Part shown: in pieces, positions 46,585 through 50,254 of the stretch | Numbering within the stretch: position 1 is the stretch's first letter | Layout of the letters: every line of letters starts with the position of its first letter | Assembly (NCBI GenBank): GCA_040374005.1 | Contig: JBEIVF010000001.1 | Coordinates: 1 to 50,254, forward strand | Source of the DNA: Gemmatimonadaceae bacterium | GTDB lineage: Bacteria; Gemmatimonadota; Gemmatimonadetes; Gemmatimonadales; Gemmatimonadaceae | Length of the DNA: 50,254 bases | Direction of reading: 5' to 3' | Program-made: the position numbers and the translations under genes | The notes under the pieces: generated by a model | Told to the model about the DNA's origin: nothing | Databases searched by the model: none | Seen by the model: the letters and a program-made list of their open reading frames with translations, nothing else

Positions 46585-46781
46585 GCATGCCGACGTTCAA
46601 TGCCGCCGCCTTGTCGGGTATCCCCGCGGGCGTCCAAGCGCAGGGCGTGTGGAGGGGACGCCGTCAGCGCTTCGTGCGGTTCGCCGGCGAAGCGGAGACC
46701 GCGACGATGTACAGCGCCGGTGCGGCGGCATGCGAAGGTGACCTGGGCGCGCGCGGCGCGCCACCGACCGGGCTCCGCTGA
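46581..46781 (+). pseudogene. 66-codon ORF resembling the N-terminus of QueE with the radical-SAM cysteines lost (queE remnant?)
   Basis: ATGA overlap with the ddl stop. GIPAGVQAQGVWRGRRQRFVRFAGEAETATMY keeps the spacing of the remembered QueE signature QGEG-x3-G-x4-FVR-x-AGC-x3-C-x2-C, but has E/T/Y where the three Cys belong. The ORF stops after 66 codons. Confidence 0.35.
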
Positions 46782-46788
46782 GGGCCTG

Positions 46789-47712
46789 ATGCACACGGCG
46801 TCCGACGACACCCCCGTGGTGCCGCGCACCCCTCCGGTGGTGTGGTGGCTCATCGCGATCAACATCGCGGTGGCCTTCGTGCAGCTGACCATCGTCAGTC
46901 CCGTCGATGTCCGCAGTGCGCTCGGTTTCGAGATGAGCGACCTGCAGGGCCGTTGGTGGAGCGTCGGGACGTACATGTTCGTGCACGCGGGGTTCTGGCA
47001 TCTCGCGCTCAACATGTACTCGCTGTGGTTGTTCGGTCCGCGCGTCGCGGCCACGCAGCGTCCAGGGCAGTTCGTCGGGTACTACATGCTCTGTGGGCTC
47101 GGCGGCTGGTTCTTCCACGTGTTGTTCACGCCGCAGGGGTTGTTGCTTGGCGCGTCCGCCGCGGTGATGGGCGTGATGCTGGCGTACGCCACGCGCTGGC
47201 CCGACGAGGAACTGCTGCTGATGGGGATCGTGCCCATCACGGTGCGGTGGCTCGTCGTGCTCCTGGTACTCGCGAACGTGGTCGGTGGGATCTCGGCCGA
47301 GGCCGGTGCTGGCGTGGCGTACCTCGCGCATCTCGGTGGGCTGGCCACGGGCTGGGTCGCGCTCCGGATGGCGGGGGTCATGTCGCTCGACGGGATGCGT
47401 CCGCGCGTGGCGCCGATGGCCGACGAACCCGACGACATGCCGCCGCGGGCGGTGCCACGCACGATGCCGCGTCCCCGGCCGGAGCGCGAGACGCGGGGCG
47501 AAGTGGACGAGATCGTCGCCCAGAGTGCGGCGGCCATTGCGGAGCGCGCCGCACGCCCCTCCGTGCCACGCGCGGCGCGTCCGCCCGCCAAGGCGCTGGC
47601 CGGCGAGATGGACCGCATCCTGGACAAGATCTCATCCGAGGGTCTCGACGCGCTCAATGCGGCGGAGCGCCGGTTGCTCGAAGAAGCCGCCCAGCGCCTT
47701 CGCGAGCGCTGA
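46789..47712 (+). CDS. rhomboid family intramembrane serine protease
   Basis: The ATG at 46789 gives MHTASDD. Motifs HAGFWHLALNMYSLWLFG, the catalytic GASAAVMG, and AHLGGLATG. There is a C-terminal charged extension. Confidence 0.85.
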   Translation: MHTASDDTPVVPRTPPVVWWLIAINIAVAFVQLTIVSPVDVRSALGFEMSDLQGRWWSVGTYMFVHAGFWHLALNMYSLWLFGPRVAATQRPGQFVGYYMLCGLGGWFFHVLFTPQGLLLGASAAVMGVMLAYATRWPDEELLLMGIVPITVRWLVVLLVLANVVGGISAEAGAGVAYLAHLGGLATGWVALRMAGVMSLDGMRPRVAPMADEPDDMPPRAVPRTMPRPRPERETRGEVDEIVAQSAAAIAERAARPSVPRAARPPAKALAGEMDRILDKISSEGLDALNAAERRLLEEAAQRLRER

Positions 47713-47748
47713 CTGCCGATGTTCCCCCGGAGGCATTAGCCTTCAGGC

Positions 47749-48150
47749 ATGCCTGCCCCACAACTTCTCGAAGTCTTTCCCAATCCGTATCCCGGACGCG
47801 ACTACGTCATCCACATGACGTGCCCGGAGTTCACCTCCCTCTGTCCACTCGGTGGGATCGAGTCCGATGCATCGGAGCTGCAGCTGCTCACGGGCGGCGC
47901 GCCGGATTTCGCGACGATGCTCATCGAGTACGTCCCCGCGGAGCACTGTGTGGAGCTGAAGTCCCTGAAGCTCTATTTGTGGAGCTTCCGCAACGACGGC
48001 ATCTTCTACGAGCGCGCGGTGAATCGCATCCTCGACGATCTGGTCGAGACCGTCAAGCCGGCCAAGATGACGGTGACGGGCGACTTCAACATCCGGGGCG
48101 GGATCAAGTCGTTGATCACCGCCACCTACCGCGCGAACGCGCCGCGATGA
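47749..48150 (+). CDS. queF: NADPH-dependent 7-cyano-7-deazaguanine reductase QueF (type I) with an insertion after the catalytic Cys
   Basis: CPEFTSLCP...PDFATMLIEYVP...ELKSLKLYLWSFRNDG matches the QueF motifs. About 14 extra residues lie between CP and PDFA (nt 47848-47901). Confidence 0.85.
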   Translation: MPAPQLLEVFPNPYPGRDYVIHMTCPEFTSLCPLGGIESDASELQLLTGGAPDFATMLIEYVPAEHCVELKSLKLYLWSFRNDGIFYERAVNRILDDLVETVKPAKMTVTGDFNIRGGIKSLITATYRANAPR

Positions 48151-48157
48151 TCGGCAT

Positions 48158-48182
48158 GTCCATCGGCGTCCAGCCGATGGAC
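48158..48182 (+). terminator. perfect 10-bp hairpin just downstream of queF
   Basis: gtccatcggc-gtcca-gccgatggac, with no U tract. Confidence 0.4.
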
Positions 48183-48324
48183 CCGCGTCGACCGGTCGCA
48201 TGGAGGCCCGTCACGCGGTCGATCGTGTCGTGCGCGTCGCCGACGCCGGCCCCCAGTTTCCCTTGGAGGGCCACGCGCACCCGCTCGGCTGTCCTACGTC
48301 CAAACCCATGCGTGCCGGCTGCCG

Positions 48325-49248
48325 ATGACCAACTCGTACCCGCCGTCGCGCGTGCGGCTGGTCCTCGCGTTCCTCTGCTTGTATCTGGTGTGGGGGTCCA
48401 CGTATCTGGCCATCAAGTGGGTCGTGGCCGACATCCCGCCCTTCACGGCCGTCGTGATCCGTCAGGGCGTCGCGGGAGTGATCCTCTTTGCGTGGGCCAT
48501 GAGCCGTGGGGTGGCGCGGCCCACGCGGGGTGAGTGGCGGGTGGCGTTCATCGTCGGCACGATGCTCCTGGCGGTGGGCAATGGCATGGTGAACTGGGCG
48601 TCGCAGCAGGTACCCAGTGGCTTGGTGTCATTGATCGTGTCGAGTCTGCCGATCTGGATCGTGGGGCTCCAGTGGGCGCGGCCGGGGGGCACGGCCCCGA
48701 CACGGCGTGAGGCCGGCGGCGTGGTGCTGGGCACACTGGGCATCGTGGCGTTGGTGTGGAGTGCCGGCGGCATCGGGGCCGCCACGGGCAATGCGCGCGG
48801 CGTGTTGATCGGGTGCGCGGCATTGCTCGTCTCGAGCTGCTCGTGGGCGGCGGGGAGCCTGTACTCGCGGGGCGCCCCGCGGCACCGCGATGGGTCGATG
48901 GCCTCCGGGATGGAGATGATCGCCGCGGCCATCGTCCTGATCCCCATCTCGTTCCTCATCGGCGATGTGGGGCGGTTCGAGTTTGCGAGCATCTCGGCGG
49001 CGAGTTGGTGGGCCTTGGCGTACTTGATCGTGTTCGGGTCGGTGATCACGTTCAGCGCCTACAACTGGTTGCTTCGAGTCACGACCCCCGCACAGGTGTC
49101 GACCTACGCCTACGTGAATCCGGTGGTGGCCGTGCTCCTCGGGACGACCCTCGGGGGGGAGCGGCTCACGCCGGGTCTCGTTCTCGCTTCGGCGTTGGTG
49201 TTGGGGGCCGTGGTGTTGCTGACGTTGCCGAAGCGGTGGGGACGGTAG
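48325..49248 (+). CDS. EamA/DMT family transporter
   Basis: 307 aa with ten hydrophobic segments. The N-terminus LAFLCLYLVWGSTYLAIKWVV is typical of EamA-repeat proteins. Confidence 0.85.
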   Translation: MTNSYPPSRVRLVLAFLCLYLVWGSTYLAIKWVVADIPPFTAVVIRQGVAGVILFAWAMSRGVARPTRGEWRVAFIVGTMLLAVGNGMVNWASQQVPSGLVSLIVSSLPIWIVGLQWARPGGTAPTRREAGGVVLGTLGIVALVWSAGGIGAATGNARGVLIGCAALLVSSCSWAAGSLYSRGAPRHRDGSMASGMEMIAAAIVLIPISFLIGDVGRFEFASISAASWWALAYLIVFGSVITFSAYNWLLRVTTPAQVSTYAYVNPVVAVLLGTTLGGERLTPGLVLASALVLGAVVLLTLPKRWGR

Positions 49249-49284
49249 CGTATTCCCGTTCGAGTCAATTATCTTACGTGACTT

Positions 49285-49357
49285 GGCTAGGTAGCTCAGT
49301 TGGTAGAGCACACGACTGAAAATCGTGGTGTCGGCGGTTCGATCCCGCCCCTAGCCA
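49285..49357 (+). tRNA. tRNA-Phe (anticodon GAA)
   Basis: A manual cloverleaf fits: acceptor GGCTAGG/CCTAGCC, D stem GCTC/GAGC, anticodon stem CACGA/TCGTG with loop CTGAAAA, T stem GGCGG/CCGCC with loop TTCGATC. It is 73 nt long and CCA is not encoded. Confidence 0.93.
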
Positions 49358-49370
49358 CTTCGCAGAACAG

Positions 49371-49398
49371 ACAGGGGGCCGCGCGCGCGGCCCCCTGT
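49371..49398 (+). terminator. GC-rich hairpin downstream of tRNA-Phe
   Basis: acagggggccgcg-cg-cgcggccccctgt followed by cgtgtttcg. It could serve both the tRNA and the convergent gene. Confidence 0.6.
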
Positions 49399-49443
49399 CG
49401 TGTTTCGTCCCTGCCGCGCGGCGTGCGCGGCGTGCGCGCCGCG

Positions 49444-49944
49444 TCAGCGTGCCGCGAGCGCCTCGGCCATGCCCCGCGCCTTGGCGCTGGTGAACGCCCC
49501 GACGCTCCGCCAGTGCACGGTCCCCGCCCGATCGACCACGAGGATGTGGATCGACGCTTCGGAGTCGATCGCCAGTGCGTTCTTGAACGGCGTCTTGTCG
49601 ATGTACAGCGTGATCGTGCGCTCACGCGCCGCGCGTGAGGTGATGCCGCGCGCCATCCCGCGATCGATGTAGCCGCGGATCAGCCCCACCATCCGCCCGA
49701 TCGTCGGGAGCTCGTAGTACTCCGTGCCCGGGATGCGGGCGAGGAGCCCCTGCACGTGCGGGAGCCAGGAGTCCACCTCGGCCTGCTGCTCGCGCTTGAA
49801 GGCGACGAACACCACGTTGCGCTCGCCACCGAAGTCGGCGGGCAGCGTGAACGCTTGCCGCTCCAAGTTGTCGCTGGAGAGCGTGGGGAAGCGGACCGAA
49901 TCGACGCCGAACACGGCGAACGAAAGTGCGAGGAGCAACGTCAT
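49444..49944 (-). CDS. hypothetical secreted protein (166 aa)
   Basis: The ATG at 49944 gives a signal-like N-terminus MTLLLALSFAVFGV. No family was recognised. The upstream part of the 261-aa track ORF is antisense to the oxidoreductase gene. Confidence 0.5.
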   Translation of the reverse strand: MTLLLALSFAVFGVDSVRFPTLSSDNLERQAFTLPADFGGERNVVFVAFKREQQAEVDSWLPHVQGLLARIPGTEYYELPTIGRMVGLIRGYIDRGMARGITSRAARERTITLYIDKTPFKNALAIDSEASIHILVVDRAGTVHWRSVGAFTSAKARGMAEALAAR

Positions 49945-50017
49945 AGGAGGGGGAGCATTGTCAGAAAGCGGACCGCGCCACAGCTTAGAGCAGTTCTCAC
50001 CACTCTCGGAGACCCGG

Positions 50018-50254
50018 ATGTCGAAGCAGATCTCCCGCCGCGATTTCGTGGCGGCTACCGGTACTATCGCCGCCGGTGCCATGATCGTTCCCCGCCATGT
50101 GCTGGGGATGGGGTACCAGGCGCCCAGCGCCACGTTGAATATCGCCATCGTCGGCGCCGGCGGGATGGGCGCGAGCAACATGGGGCAGTTGCTCACCGAG
50201 AACATCGTCGCCATTTGCGACGTGGACATGCCGCTCGTCGAACGGGGCTTGGCC
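50018..50254 (+). CDS. Gfo/Idh/MocA-family oxidoreductase with Tat signal (3-prime truncated by the window end)
   Basis: MSKQISRRDFVAATGTIAAGAMIV carries a twin-arginine motif, followed by the Rossmann start LNIAIVGAGGMGASN. It is absent from the ORF track because no stop is reached. Confidence 0.75.
   Translation, partial: MSKQISRRDFVAATGTIAAGAMIVPRHVLGMGYQAPSATLNIAIVGAGGMGASNMGQLLTENIVAICDVDMPLVERGLA

Noticed and set aside
47713-48324. A preQ1 or other riboswitch around queF and upstream of the EamA transporter.
   Set aside because: The 36-nt leader of queF is too short and lacks the preQ1-I motif. The 174-nt spacer before the EamA gene shows only a terminator-like hairpin and no motif I can recognise. 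This cannot be excluded without a covariance-model scan.
46842-48533. A 563-aa plus-strand ORF spanning the rhomboid gene, queF and the start of the EamA gene.
   Set aside because: It is off-frame relative to three genes with clear motifs. Its translation is Arg/Gly/Ala-rich with no domain pattern.
49285-50254. tRNA-Phe as a possible integration hotspot with an island downstream.
   Set aside because: There is no integrase, no direct repeat of the tRNA 3-prime end and no compositional shift. Only a small secreted protein gene and a Tat-dependent oxidoreductase gene follow within the window.
1-50254. CRISPR arrays, transposases or IS elements, prophage genes, retron or toxin-antitoxin-like pairs, and other defence islands.
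   Set aside because: I scanned both strands for regularly spaced direct repeats and for the characteristic protein motifs and found none. The only repeats are the short elements reported above.

Overview
This is a 50.3-kb, very GC-rich (by eye about 70%), gene-dense segment of core chromosome next to the replication origin. Taxon cannot be assigned from sequence alone; the gene content (GWxTD protein, bactofilin next to parAB, many GTGA/ATGA gene junctions) gives a Gemmatimonadota- or Acidobacteriota-like impression. Left to right the window holds: mnmG, a large polytopic membrane protein, a SIMPL protein, two parS sites, parA-parB, a small membrane coiled-coil ORF and a bactofilin. Next comes a BMP-family ABC importer operon with a Nif3 gene inserted in it, then polA, a GWxTD protein, a kinase-domain-only Ser/Thr kinase, an orphan histidine kinase, pyrE, an AraC-type regulator and RNase P RNA. 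The origin core follows: dnaN and dnaA on the minus strand, and rpmH-rnpA-yidD-yidC-mnmE on the plus strand. After that are an HExxH protein, a DUF4177 / beta-CASP MBL nuclease / TetR group, YdcF, two M16 peptidases, a Nudix hydrolase and an ECF sigma / anti-sigma pair. A string of five genes with no intergenic nucleotides follows (holA, SPOR, mutS, TonB-C, cystathionine beta-synthase). The window ends with ddl, a degenerate queE remnant, a rhomboid protease, queF, an EamA transporter, tRNA-Phe and a Tat-signal oxidoreductase fragment. I see no CRISPR array, transposase, integrase, prophage or recognisable defence island, and no compositional island larger than an intergenic spacer. Most long ORFs in the six-frame track are antisense or off-frame shadow ORFs of the high-GC genes. 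I did not find a convincing novel multi-gene system. The items most worth a second look are listed here. (1) The parS-parAB-membrane ORF-bactofilin module. (2) A C11 homopolymer in the SPOR gene that is translationally coupled to mutS. (3) Nif3 embedded in the nucleoside-type ABC operon. (4) An inverted array of 9-mers between two convergent kinase genes. (5) A queE remnant plus a queF variant plus an EamA transporter, possibly a preQ0 salvage arrangement. (6) The origin architecture and the head-on orientation of the parAB block. All functional calls rest on my reading of the translated ORFs and remembered family motifs; no database search was run.
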